DNA of 64,000 bases, from the NCBI RefSeq assembly GCF_006345805.1, contig NW_021832235.1:1-64000 (forward strand), read 5' to 3'. The stretch is from Octopus sinensis (taxonomy: Eukaryota). The position numbers and the translations under genes were made by a program. Positions 24,401 to 36,440 of the stretch are shown here, in pieces (within the stretch, counting starts at the first letter, position 1; each line of letters begins with the position of its first letter). Under the pieces are notes generated by a model that was not told the origin of the DNA, did no database searches, and worked only from the letters and a program-made list of their open reading frames with translations.

Positions 24401-24610
24401 TCTTTTATCTTTTACCTGTTTCGGTCATGATCCCGAGATCATGCTGGGGCACTACGGTCTCTCTCTATATATATATATTTAACTACATTCTGCATGGTGC
24501 GTTTAACTCTGACGTAATACTCTCCATCTTGTGCGCTCCTGTCGTGCCTTCATTTTCCTTCCTACTGAAAGGATAAAGCAATTGTCTTTTCAGTCTTTTT
24601 CTTGCATTTG

Positions 24611-24985
24611 GCGGTGAACTGGCAGAAACGTTAGCACGCCGGGCGAAATGCGTAGCCGTATTTCGTCTGCCGTTACGTTCTGAGTTCAAATTCCGCCAAG
24701 GTCGACTTTGCCTTTCATCCTTTCGGAGTCGATAAATTACGTAATCGACTTAATCCGTTTGTCTGTCCTTGTTTGTCCCCTCTGTGTTTAGCCCCTGTGG
24801 GTAGTAAAGAAATAGGTATTACGTTTGCCTTTATGTTCTGAGTTCAAACTCCACCGAGGTTGACTTTGTTTTTCATTCTTTCGGGGTCTATAAATTAAAT
24901 ACCATTTGCGTACTGGGTTCGATCTAGTTGTCTCGCACCCTCCCGCCAAATGTCGGGCCTTGTGCTTAGAGTAGAAAAGATTCTT
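24611..24985 (+). mobile_element. SINE family B tandem dimer
   Basis: Same architecture and junction (AAAGAAATAG|GTATT) as 3834-4236. Confidence 0.8.
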
Positions 24986-25365
24986 CTTGCATTGACTGAT
25001 TTGAAAGGACAACTCACTGATTTGAACACGACAATATGTCGTAACTTAAAGTGACGCACATATAGACATTAACAGATTAAAACAAACATATACACACACG
25101 CAAACACGCGCGCGCAAATATAAACAAAAACATCACTGCATGCACCGATACATACAGCTGTATAAGTTCACGTATATAGTGAAAGCAAAAGACCACAAAA
25201 CAGGTCTTCATATAAAACGTATAACTTATTGTAGGTGTGAGCATTGATATAGGTGAGAATGCGTGTGTGCGTGTGTGTGTCTGTTTGTATGCGTAAGTAT
25301 ATATAAATATAAAACAACATATATACTCTCACAGACATACACAAGCGCGTACACACATACACACA

Positions 25366-25768
25366 TCTTTATATATAAAAGTGAGGTTGTGTGAGTGTCT
25401 GTCCCCTACGATTTAGATTCCTAACTACTCCCACATTTTGCGGTGCAGTTTAACCAAAACCGGGCATCTTATAGTCATGATTCATATCGAGCCCTTCTGG
25501 GTATTAGCGCGCGTCTACGATGAGTCTACGATTTAAAAAAAAATTTACCATCATTTTTTTCCATTTTAATGCATTTTTTTCGCTATTATATAAAGGAAGT
25601 AACTCTCTAAAAATGTCTACGATGAGTCAACGATTTTTAAAAAAAATTACCATAATTTTTTTTCCATTTTTAATGCATGTTTTTGCTATTTTTTGGCTAT
25701 AACTCTCTAAAAATGCTTATATAGTTATTTCCCTTACAAACCCGAGCAACGCCGGGCGATACTGCTAG
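25366..25768 (+). mobile_element. non-autonomous Helitron
   Basis: A|TC 5' end, GC hairpin CCCG-AGCAACGC-CGGG just before CTAG|T 3' end, no TSD, internal ~85-bp direct repeat; second copy at 51406-51802. Confidence 0.85.
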
Positions 25769-25919
25769 TATATATAAACGATACATTTGACAAATCCGAT
25801 AAAAAGTACATAAAATATAGTATAGGCCATAATTATAATTATGTGATTTTCTGTCGTGATCACTCGAAATATGAATCCAGTTTATATGGTGAGCTCTCGC
25901 ATTGCAACCAACAGATGAG

Positions 25920-26190
25920 GGTTCCGTGTTTCCTTTCTGAACAACACGTACAAATGATTTGTTTATTACGACCGAAATGTATGGCTGTGCATCATCTCAC
26001 TCCCTCCAACAAATCGGCAATGCCTGTAGAGGTGCACTGTGTGCCACGGGTCATATGTCGAAGACATCGCAGAGCAACGTGGAAGGAAGTGTTTTTGCTT
26101 AAGAAAAAAAGACCTTACAACCGCAATGTCTGGGAATCGAAATCACGATCTAGCGGTCGTGAGTGCAAAGCTCTTACCACTAGGTCACAG
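25920..26190 (-). mobile_element. tRNA-derived SINE (another family)
   Basis: rc GTGACCTAGTGGTAAGAGC..GATTTCGATTCCCAG..TTAAGCAAAAACACTTCCTTCCACGTTGCTC. Confidence 0.55.
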
Positions 26191-26200
26191 TATATATATA

Positions 26201-26689
26201 TGTTCGAAGGTTATAATGGACACTGTTTGTGTGTCAAATAGCTATCTTAAGGCGATGTCCTCATGGAGCTAATCAGCGACAGCTTTTAGTCTTATATCTA
26301 TAAGACTGCCATATTAATATGGCGATAACAATTAATTTCCAGTAACGCTGCCGTAATCTCTTTTAGAGAGACTTAGTAATTTTAATATTTCTATTATTGA
26401 AAACAAGTGGATGTATTCCACCGAAACTAGGTAAATAAAACCTTCGAACAGAGACGATCAGTGGCGACACCTGCTGGGTCGAGTACGCTACATTGACAAA
26501 GGGCAAATACCCTGAAACGCGTCTGTAGCTGTCTGACTGGCGTGTGAAGCGGCTGACCTCTCTTGTTCGAAGGTTATAATGGACACAGTTTGTGTCAAAT
26601 AGCTATCTTAAGGCGATGGCCTCATGGAGCTAATCAGCGACAGCTTTTAGCTATATCTATAAGACTGCCTATTAATATGGCGATAACAA

Positions 26690-26694
<5 letters not shown>
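26201..26694 (+). mobile_element. retrozyme/pLTR-like element: 363-bp unit with ~135-bp terminal direct repeat and internal hammerhead
   Basis: 26201-26336 repeats at 26564-26694; flanked by (TA)n on both sides. Confidence 0.8.
26487..26529 (+). ncRNA. minimal type-I hammerhead ribozyme with U3-A8 core
   Basis: GCTACA TTGACAA AGGG-CAAATA-CCCT GAAA CGCG TC TGTAGC: 6-bp stem I, 4-bp stem II, palindromic ACGCGT, GUC cleavage triplet (cut after 26523). Confidence 0.8.
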
Positions 26695-26756
<62 letters not shown>

Positions 26757-27594
26757 TATATACTGTGTATATATATAAATATATGGGGAAATATATGTGT
26801 GTATATATATGCGTATATATGGGGAAAATATATGTGTGTAGGTGCGTATATATATGCATTTAGATATACTGTATGCATATTCATGTGACGATATATACTT
26901 ATGCACAAATGTATGTGTGTATATTTAGAAGCACAAGCGTTCATCTTGTGTGTACCTGCATTAATTTTATCGATATTTCTGCTGCTCAATATTTCTACTA
27001 AACACCTTTGCAACAGTAAACGAACGTGCACGCACGCACATGCACGCACACACATACGCGCGCGCACGCAAACACATACACACACACACACACAAACATT
27101 CACATACATGGACGCCCAAATACGCCGTATATTCACATTTAAAAGCGCTGACTATCCGTCAGATTGCATCCATGTATGTTTGTGTATACATGCAATACAT
27201 ACATACATACACACACACACATATATATGCATGCATACCTAAATATATACACACACATATATATATACATATGTCTATATATATATATATACGTATATAT
27301 GTATATATGTGTATATATAGGTATATATATGTTATATATGTATATATGTATCTATATGATATATATATTTACATGTATATATATATAAACATATATATAA
27401 TATATATATACGTATATATATATATATATTATATATATATATATCTATATTATATATACATACGTATATATATATATTCACCTATATATGTATATTACAT
27501 ACATATATGTGTATGTATGTATGTATATATATATATATATATAATATATATATATATATATGTATGTATGTATGTATATATATATATATGTATG

Positions 27595-27625
<31 letters not shown>

Positions 27626-28189
27626 TGGTATTATTAAGTAGTTATAAAATGTATGTAGTGTATGTAGAAAGCAGATTGGGGAGAAACCCCTAAATAATCT
27701 AACCCCTCCCATCTCTAGCGCCATGTCACTTCCCACCACCCCTTCCCTTGAGAAACACAACAGTCGTGTAAGGCTGAAGCAGGATTTGTTTCTACATGTC
27801 TGGTTGGCAGAACTGTGTGGGTCACAACACTGGGGCTGATTCCATTTTCTTAATTGCCAACTACTGTTTCTCTCTCACACCACACACACACCCGCGTATG
27901 GCATACCCAAACATACGCATACCCAAACATACATGCACACACATAAACACACTCACACACACGCACACGCACACAGACACATGCCCATTCACTTACAAGC
28001 GGTCATATACACGCATACACATGCATACTTATATAAGCAAGCATATATAAATGTTCGTGTCTGTATGTATATATATATATATACACACACATATATAATA
28101 TAATATACATATATATATAGGAATGTATGTATGTATATATGTAAATGTGTGTATATATATGTATATGTGTATATATATATTATATGTTA

Positions 28190-28220
<31 letters not shown>

Positions 28221-28250
28221 CATATATGTATGTTTGTGTGTGTGTCTATG

Positions 28251-28296
<46 letters not shown>

Positions 28297-28550
28297 CAAA
28301 TATACATAATATGTGTATATATAAAGATGTCTAAATATATATATGTGGGTGGTGTTATAGATATATATCTATATATCTATACATATGTCTATCTATCTAT
28401 CTATCTCTCTATCAATCTATTTACATATATATATATATATTATATATATAGAGAGATTAGAGAGAGAGAGAGAGAGAGAGGGACCAAAGTGTACGTACAC
28501 CGCTATATATATATATATATATTATATATATATATATATATGTATATATA

Positions 28551-28584
<34 letters not shown>

Positions 28585-28588
<4 letters not shown>

Positions 28589-28749
28589 GGAGTAAACACA
28601 TAAATGTGAAACAAGGTGGAAAAAAGAGTACTCAAATACCAGTGGTAGAGTAATATGGTTTATTTAAAGCAGCAGAAACTGTCCGATGAACGGCAACGTG
28701 AAACTCAGAGTAACAGGTTTTACTGAATTTTCTGCTGCTTTAAATAAAG
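28585..28749. mobile_element. fold-back short element with hammerhead (same family as 50423-50652)
   Basis: 28585-28678 is the reverse complement of the tail seen at 50549-50652; it is followed by a plus-strand HHR and a partial tail; in (TA)n. Confidence 0.8.
28679..28716 (+). ncRNA. minimal type-I hammerhead motif (CCGATGA core)
   Basis: CTGT CCGATGA ACG-GCAA-CGT GAAA CTC-A-GAG TA ACAG. Confidence 0.7.
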
Positions 28750-28770
28750 TATATATATATATACATATAC

Positions 28771-28823
<53 letters not shown>

Positions 28824-28847
28824 TATATAATATATATATATATAGAA

Positions 28848-29600
28848 TACCAAATGGGACAAGAACGCAAACGCAAAACATCCGGTCTCAGCGAGATGAT
28901 ACAAAAAGGGACAACAAAACATCCCGATATACGTTACAAAGAAAACAAGGACGGGTCATTCGAAGTTTTCTTTCCTCAGTCAAGCATCAGATTATCCTCG
29001 CAATTTCGGCTGATTATTCTTGAGATTGCTCCAATCTGGCCATTCCCAAGGAAAAACTAAGCTAAGAGCATAAATTCCTTGGAAGACAGCAGCGAATGTA
29101 TCCCAAAACAAGGATGGAAAAAACGGACAATGTTACACATATAAATACAATAAAAAATACGATAAAGATAATAAGAGGACATAACAACAGGTGTCTTTCG
29201 ACTAAGGACGAATTGAATTAAGCTGGCGCGTGTGGAAATGAAGCCTTACGGCAGAGATACAAGAGTTTCACAAACGCAGGGAAGAATATCGATGTTGCAC
29301 GGACAATGGTCAGACCAAGAAAGAAAGAGCATGTTTGGGGAGAGAAGAGAAAGAGAAGTAGATGCAGAGGGACAGAAGAATTAGGGAGGGGGAAGAGAAG
29401 AGAGAGAGGTAGAAGCAGAGAGACAGAAGAATTAGGGAGGGGAAGAGAAGAGAGTGAAGTAGATGCAGAGGGACAGAAGAATTAGGGAGGGGGAAGAGAA
29501 GAGAGTGAAGTAGAAGCAGAGAGACAGAAGAATTAAGGATATGAATCAAACTGTTACAGTGGACATCCAAGCATGACATTCTCTCGTTAATTTATCGGGT
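28848..29600. mobile_element. unclassified repeat-like insertion with a purine-rich minisatellite
   Basis: Complex sequence starting abruptly after (TA)n; ~53-bp units at 29340-29537. Confidence 0.35.
29340..29537. repeat. ~53-bp purine-rich minisatellite, 4 units in ABAB order
   Basis: Alternating GATGCAGAGGGACAGAAGAATTAGG / GAAGCAGAGAGACAGAAGAATTA(G/A)G. Confidence 0.85.
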
Positions 29601-30088
29601 ATTTTCTACAGGGAGCCATTGTTGCTCGTTATAATATGGTATACGAAAAATATAGAACAAAAAAGAAAAGAAGCGTTACACAATAAAATGCAAATCGGAA
29701 ATCAATACAGAGATACAAGCCCTGAAACCTGCCAAAACTTATTGTTGTACATATTTTTTAATCCGTCGCTGATGATTTTATCGCTTATGGTAGTGTTCTT
29801 ATGATTCTTTGCTGCCTACTGTAAAGTTCGCCAATAACTTGCCATTATTGCCGTTGCTTCGTTCTGCTAATGAAGCTGAGAATGCATCGAAACGATAATG
29901 AATGAATTGATTTGGGTATTTTGTTGCTCTGAATGAAACATAAAGGACGAATGGAGGAAATATGAAAAATTGTCAATAAAAAAAAAGGCTCGGCTCGAAC
30001 ATAGTGGTAACATTAATATAAACGCGCGCGCCCCCACTCACACGTACACACACACAAACACATGTGCACTCACACACACGCATATGCG

Positions 30089-30119
<31 letters not shown>

Positions 30120-30323
30120 TGTGTTGTTTTTGTATTTATTTTGCAAGTTTCTTGAGGTGAATGCACGTGTTGAAACATATTCTGCTGTATCTTGGGAGGG
30201 TCGTTATACTAATAATAACCTCACGCACTGGTTCTAGTTCACTTCCTTATATTTTTATGTCAATCGATTACCTATTTAACCATTCAACTAATCATTTGTT
30301 TGATTAGTCTTTCGGTCAATCAA

Positions 30324-30400
30324 TCAATGATCTAAGTTTGTCAAAGTCCGTTCGTCGCCGTTCGCGACATCACCAACGACATGCTCTCTTTGCTCCGGAT
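30324..30400 (-). other. candidate terminal coding segment, paralogous to 52630-52717
   Basis: AG|AT CCG GAG CAA..: DPEQREHVVGDVANGDERTLTNLDH*; the GDERTLTN motif and stop position are conserved in the paralog. Confidence 0.4.
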
Positions 30401-30698
30401 CTGCTTCATATACACACAGTTAGTTCCATACAATGAATTGCTAAGAATGTACAATATGCTTCGCTCTTAGTTGTAAGAGCGAAACAAATTGCACCCTTAT
30501 GCACTCGTAGCAATCGAGTGCGTTTTGTATTATTATACTCTGCAAACATTGCGTTTAGTTTTGTAATATGTGCAATTTGAGTTGATGTTATACGTGGGCC
30601 GGAATAACACCAATTGTTACATGTACGTATGTATGTATGTATGCATGCATGTATATATATATATATATAATATATATATATATATATGTATGTATATT

Positions 30699-30795
<97 letters not shown>

Positions 30796-30804
30796 TATAT
30801 ATAG

Positions 30805-31175
30805 GTGCAGGAGTAGCTTGCTAACCGCCACATGGTTCCAGGTTCAGTCCCACTGCGTGTCTTTCTCTATAGCCCTGGGCCGACCAATGCCTTGTGGATG
30901 GATTTGGTAGATGGAAACTGAAAGAAGCCTGTCGTATATATATATATATATAAATGTATGTGTGTTTTGTGGTCTTGTGTTTGTCCCCTAGCATTGCTTG
31001 ACAACCGATCTGGTGTGTGTTTACGTCCCCGTCACTTAGGCGGTTCGGCAAAAGAGACCGATATAATAAGTACTGGGCTTACAAAAAATAAGTCTCGGGG
31101 TCGATTGCTCGACTAAAGGCGGTGCTCCAGCATAGCGCAGTCAAATGACTGAAACAAGTAAAAGAGTAAAGAGTA
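30805..31175 (+). mobile_element. SINE family A, full length
   Basis: Head, TA tract, tail ending GAAACAAGTAAAAGAGTAAAGAGTAAGAG. Confidence 0.85.
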
Positions 31176-31178
31176 AGA

Positions 31179-31216
<38 letters not shown>

Positions 31217-31384
31217 GTACATACATACACATACATAAATTTATATATGTATGTGTGTGTATTATATATAGAGAAAGAAACAGAAACAAAGAGGAGAGCG
31301 AGGTGGAGAGATAAGTGAGAGAGAGAGATGGACGAGCAAGTGTTATGAATCAAAAGCAGCACTCAATATTTAAAACAGAGTTCA

Positions 31385-31585
31385 ATGATTTCTTTTGGCA
31401 AACACACGTGGACATGCTTACAAAATCAAATATCAACACACCACCCATGACTTTCGGAAACATTTTTTTACGCTCATAATTGTTGAAGCATGGAATAAAC
31501 TACCTGTATCAGTCATCAGCTGTCGAAACACTACACCCTTCAAAATTTCCATGCTTCCTAAAATCTGCCATCAGGACCCCTGAAG
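31385..31585 (+). pseudogene. CR1/L2-type LINE ORF2 extreme C-terminus
   Basis: TRGHAYKIKYQHTTHDFRKHFFTLIIVEAWNKLPVSVISCRNTTPFK matches the TRGH..K..RK.FF..R...WN.LP pattern. Confidence 0.75.
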
Positions 31586-31865
31586 TTGTAATGCACCTGA
31601 AAACTGTATACAACAATTTTTTTTCATATTTCATATATTATTCGGAGTTTCAGATAAACTCCGGCACAAATTGGCTCAAATCCATACTCTTACTCATCTT
31701 GTCAACTCTTCTACGTATGAAGGAAGTGGACTAATTAACATCAACCTCATTCTCTAATTAAGGATCCTAAATGCAACGTTTGCTCTCTCCTGTTTCCTCA
31801 CAGCGAACCTATTTATTCGTCTTTTGAACTTTAATTTGATGGAATGCTATGTTCTAGATCGCTAG

Positions 31866-32415
31866 TGCTTGGAAGGGATGTGTGTAGCGTATGATCATCG
31901 CATTGACCATGACAGACAAAGTCGAGCAGAGAATCTGCATCAAATTTTGCCAAAAGCTTGGCGATAACTGCTCAGGGGCCTACACAAAGTTTTCACTGTT
32001 TTCAACACAAACAAGGAGATCTTATACAACTGAAACCTGAGTGCCGTTTTGGTCAGCCGAAAGCAGTTTTGACACACTCTTGGCAGACACGCGTCTCATA
32101 CTCAAATCTTCAGTGGTAATGGGCTGAACTGAACCGTAACTAATATGCATATCCTCTGATAACTCATGGATAGGGATTTGATGATTTCCCCTGACAGCGG
32201 CACGGATATCTGCGATGTTTTTGTCAATTCTGTTGGTTGCAGGCCTCCCAGAACGTTCATCAATATCGACATTTTTTTGGCCATCTTGAAAACGTCTGAA
32301 CTATTCATACACTCCTCTCCATACACTTTCTGCAACTTTGCGTAGTCCTCTGAGCAGCTTTCTCTGTCATGGTCAATGCGATGATCACGCGCTACACACC
32401 TTCCTTCCAAGCACT
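31866..32415. mobile_element. rearranged (inverted) mariner relic
   Basis: Plus: MTDKVEQRICIKFCQKLG from 31909; minus: DIDERSGRP..ELSEDMHISYGSVQPITTEDLSMRRVSAKSVSKLLSADQ. A ~55-bp leader GTGCTTGGAAGG..GATCATCGCATTGACCATGACAGA occurs at both ends in inverted orientation. Confidence 0.75.
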
Positions 32416-32519
32416 GCTGTTAACAGCGGAAGTGGGCTAGAACATTAAAACTTACTGCACATGCACAGCAGAGTTCAAGATCAATCTTTGCTACAAATCT
32501 TTGCTACAATCTTTGTACG

Positions 32520-32795
32520 TACATGCATACATACATACATACATACGCACATAACATACATACATACATACATACATAACATACATACATACGTACATGC
32601 ATACATACATACATGCATACATACATACATACATACGCACATAACATACATACATGCATACATACATACATAACATACATACATAGTAATGCATACATAC
32701 ATACATGCATACATACATACATACATCATACGCACATAACATACATACATGCATACATACATACATAACATACAACATACATACATACATACATC
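32520..32795. repeat. (CATA)n/(CATAA) compound microsatellite
   Basis: Direct reading. Confidence 0.9.
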
Positions 32796-33164
32796 TGCAT
32801 ACTCTGCATGCTTTAGCTTCGTTACTATGGCAACAGTCCGGATACATATTGATCACACTTCGTATTTCCCAGGGGAAAGGTAATTCTCTTCTGTCTTGTT
32901 AGTTTTGTACTGTCTTCAATGCTTTTGTAACTTTGCTTTTTTCTATAGGTGTTGTTCCTACTCAAACCCATTTTACCTCTGAGAAGAAGTTGTCCATATT
33001 AATCTGGTATTTATCCTTTGACCTGTTCAGCATGGTAATCTTTACTAAGAGCTTGCGCTCCAGTGGATTAGCTCTGAGGGTCATCGAGGCACGCAAGCTA
33101 CCACGGTGCAACAAGAACTGGACAGCGTGGCAATAAAACAGAAATTTAGCCATGTAATTGATTC

Positions 33165-33835
33165 TTGTAGCGGTTGTGGTGATATAGTGGTCGAATTATA
33201 GTTGTAGCTGGTGGAAATTGTAGTGGTAGTGTTGTAGGTGTTGTAGTAGTGGTTTATGCTGCTGTTGGTGGAGGTGGTGATTGTAGCAGTGGTATTATAG
33301 TTGTTGTTTGTTGTTGGTGGTGACAGAGGTGGTGTTATAGCGGTTATAGTCCGTGGAAGTTGCGATGGTAGTGTTGTACTTGTTGATGACGGTGGTTGTG
33401 GCGATGGTGTTCAAGTTTTTGTTCTCTACTTTTGGTTACAGCGGTAGTGGTCGTGGTTGGAGTGATGGTGGTCATGGTGGGTAACAGTGGTGGTGGTGGA
33501 CTGTGATGATAGCAGTGGTGCTGTTGGTGGTGATGGTTCTGAGGGTGGTAGTGGTGGTGGTGGTGGTGTGGTGGTGTTGATGGTAATAGTTATGACGTTG
33601 GTGGCAATGGTTGTGAGAGGTGGGTGATGATGGCGGTGGTGCTCATGGTGGTGGTCGTCGTTGCGATGAAGATGGTGGCGGCGGTGGTGATGGTGGTAAT
33701 GTTGGCGACGATAGTGATGATGACTGTGATGGTTGTGGTGGTGATGGTGTTACGTGTTATATTTGTTGTTGCTGTTGTGGCGGGTAGTGGTAGTGTCACA
33801 GTTCTTATTGTTGTTGTTGTTGTTGTTGTTGTTGC
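33165..33835. repeat. degenerate (GGT/GTT/GAT)n tract
   Basis: Direct reading. Confidence 0.85.
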
Positions 33836-33954
33836 AATCAGTGGACCACCGTTGCTAGACCGCTCCTCTAGCACGGTGTACAAACAGTCAACCATATTGC
33901 CTTAAGTACACCATACAAATACATTTGTGTGTTTAGCAAGAAAGTGTAATTTAC

Positions 33955-34146
33955 TACAACAGAAGATGCAATTAGACTTGGTAGAGGTGGTGGTGGTGGC
34001 GGCGGCGGCGGCGGTGGCGGTGGTGGTGGCGGCGGCGGCGGCGGTGGCGGTGGTGGTGGTGGCGGTGGTGCGATAAAAGTTATTTTGGTGCGGTGCAGCA
34101 GATAATTGAAGGTGGGTTTCAACAGGTGATTTCTCGGTTGGAAATC
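33955..34146 (-). other. candidate poly-proline exon
   Basis: AG at 34148-47, donor GTAAAT at 33954-49, 192 nt open: DFQPRNHLLKPTFNYLLHRTKITFIA-P(~28)-LPSLIASSVV. Confidence 0.25.
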
Positions 34147-34465
34147 CTTTACGATAGGTGAATATATGTAAGCTTATTATACACACACACACACATACAC
34201 ACACGCACGCACACACACACACACACACACTACACACACACATTTATATATATATATATATATATACTATATATATATATATATACACACACACACAGGC
34301 AATATCAATTTTCCAGTGAAATTTTGCTTCTAAAATCTTTTCAGGTTACTGATGTTTCTGATTAAATAAAATACAGGTATGTTACACTGGTGTGAATCAG
34401 TGTTCGGAAAGTCGATGTCGTACCAACAGAAATATATATATATATTATATATATAATTAATCAAT

Positions 34466-35705
34466 ATAGGTGCAAAAAAAATTGTAGAATTTTTTGCCAC
34501 CAGCGGCCTAGTGGAAAAAAATTAAATAGTCATAGACCATTTTTAAGTTCAACATCACAATCAAGGAACGGCCATAATAGGCCATTCACCCACTAGAAAT
34601 AACAGCCAAAGCTTCAACCGCAAATAAAAATCAATTCCGTAAACAGGAGAAAATTAAAAAAAATTTCTAACATGTAATTTCTTATACGATGCACGTTCAT
34701 CTATGTTAATGGTAAACTAACCTGATTAAATTAAATCAGGCCATCTTCCATAGGCCTTAGATTCATCAGTAAGAAATAGCCAAGCGGAACAGATATTTTC
34801 ACGAGGCATTTCCGTATGTTTTTTTGCCACCCTATATTGAAATTATGAATTTTCTGGTTAATTCCGTAATGGAATCGGCGGCTTATATTATTTTGCTGCC
34901 GATAAATTGGCCGCGAGTGCGATGATTTGAAAATTTTAGGTCAGTATTGCCGAGGCAGGGTCGGAAATGCCTGTGAAAATATCTGTTCCGACTGGATATT
35001 TCTTACTGATGAATCTAAGGGCCTATGGAAGATTGGCGTGATTTTAATTTAATCAGGTAGTTTACCATTAAACAGTTAGATGCAACGGTGCATCGTATAC
35101 GAAAATTACAGGGTAAATGTTTTTTAATTTTCTCCTGGTTTAGAATTGATTTTTAGTGCGGTTGAGCTTTGGCTGTTATTTCTAGGGTGAATGGCCTATT
35201 ATAGGCCGTTCCTTGATTGTGATGTTGAACTTAAAAATGGTCTATGACTATTTAATTTTCCCACTAGGCCGCTGGTGGCAAAAAAATTCTACAAAATATT
35301 TTTGCCACCCTATATTGATTAATATGAATTTTCTGGTTAATACGTAATGGAATCGGCGGCTTATATTTATTTGCTGCCGATAAATTTGGCGCGAGTGCGA
35401 TGATTTGAAAATTTTAGGTCAGATATTGCCGAGGCAGGTCGAAAGTGCCTCGTGAAAATATCTGTCCGACTTGGCTATTTCTACTGATGAATCTAAGGGC
35501 CTATGGAAGATAGATGGGCTTGATTAATTTAATCAGGATTTACCATTAAAAGATAGAGATGAAACGGTGCATCGTATAAGAAATTACAGGGTAAATGTTT
35601 TTTAATTTTCTCCTGGTTTACGGAATTGATTTTTATTGCGGTTGAAGCTTTGGCTGTTATTTCTAGTGGGTTGAATGGCGTATATGGCCGTTCCTTGATT
35701 GTGTG
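34466..35705. repeat. ~480-bp unit present as one inverted and two direct copies
   Basis: 34466-34815 is the rc of ~34963-35315; ~34820-35300 is repeated at ~35300-35705. Confidence 0.85.
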
Positions 35706-35754
35706 TTGATATATATAATACGTGTGTGTGTGTGTGTACGAAATGCATGTACAA

Positions 35755-36040
35755 CGAAGGCTCGTGGCTCAGTGTTTAAGGTGTTCGGTTCACAATCTAA
35801 GGTCACCAGTTCGATTCCCGGCGGCGCACTGTCTCCTTGAGCAAGACACTTTAATCCACGTCGCTTCAGTCCACTCAACTGGCAAAAATGAATAGTACCT
35901 ATTATTCAATAGGCCAGTCTTGTCAAATTACACGTGTCTGTGGAGTACTCAGCCACTTGCACGTTAATTTCACGAACAGGGTGTTCCGTTGATCTCTTCA
36001 ACTGGAACCCTCGTCGTCTTAACCGACGGAGTGCCAGCAT
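35755..36040 (+). mobile_element. tRNA-derived SINE family C
   Basis: GTGGCTCAGTG..CAGTTCGATTCCCGG..TCCTTGAGCAAGACACTT..CAGTCCACTCAACTGGCAAAAATGA; related copy at 63690-63870. Confidence 0.7.
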
Positions 36041-36084
36041 TGCATGCACTGCCGTATGTACGTTGTAACGTATGTATGTATACT

Positions 36085-36440
36085 CTTTTACTTGTTTCAG
36101 TCATTTCACTGCGGCCATGCTGGAGCAACGCCTAATCTCTTTTAACGGAACCGCTTAGTTACAGGGACGTAAACACACCAGCATCGGTTGCCAAGAGATG
36201 TTGGGGAGGGGGGGAGACAAACACAGACACACAAACATATGCATACACATACATATATATATATATATATATACATATATACGACAGGCTTCTTTCAGTT
36301 TCCATCTACCAAATCCACTCACAAGGCTTTGGTTGGCCCGAGGCTATAGTAGAAGACACCTGCCCAAGAAGCCACGCAGTGGGACTGAACCCGGAGCCAT
36401 GTGGTTGGTAAGCAAGCTACTTACCACACAGCCACTCCTA
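36085..36440 (-). mobile_element. SINE family A
   Basis: Complete rc tail, TA tract and head. Confidence 0.85.

Noticed and set aside
27745-27785. GAAA-CAC/GTG-TA-AGG-CTGAAGC
   Set aside because: The elements are in type-II order but stem I is impossible and A9 is missing.
28945-28985. Minus-strand CTGAGGA-AAG/CTT-CGAAT-GAC/GTC
   Set aside because: A15.1 and U16.1 are absent and there is no stem I.
29862-29900. CTAATGAAGCTGAGAATGCATCGAAACGATA
   Set aside because: Core G5 is lost and stems I and II are mostly unpaired.
30337-30418. Plus-strand exon [26 protein letters not shown] with high GC3
   Set aside because: The paralog at 52630 conserves the minus-strand GDERTLTN frame instead.
34975-35035. 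GAAA..hairpin..CTGATGA resembling a type-II hammerhead
   Set aside because: Only 4 nt are available for stem I and there is no stem II pairing.
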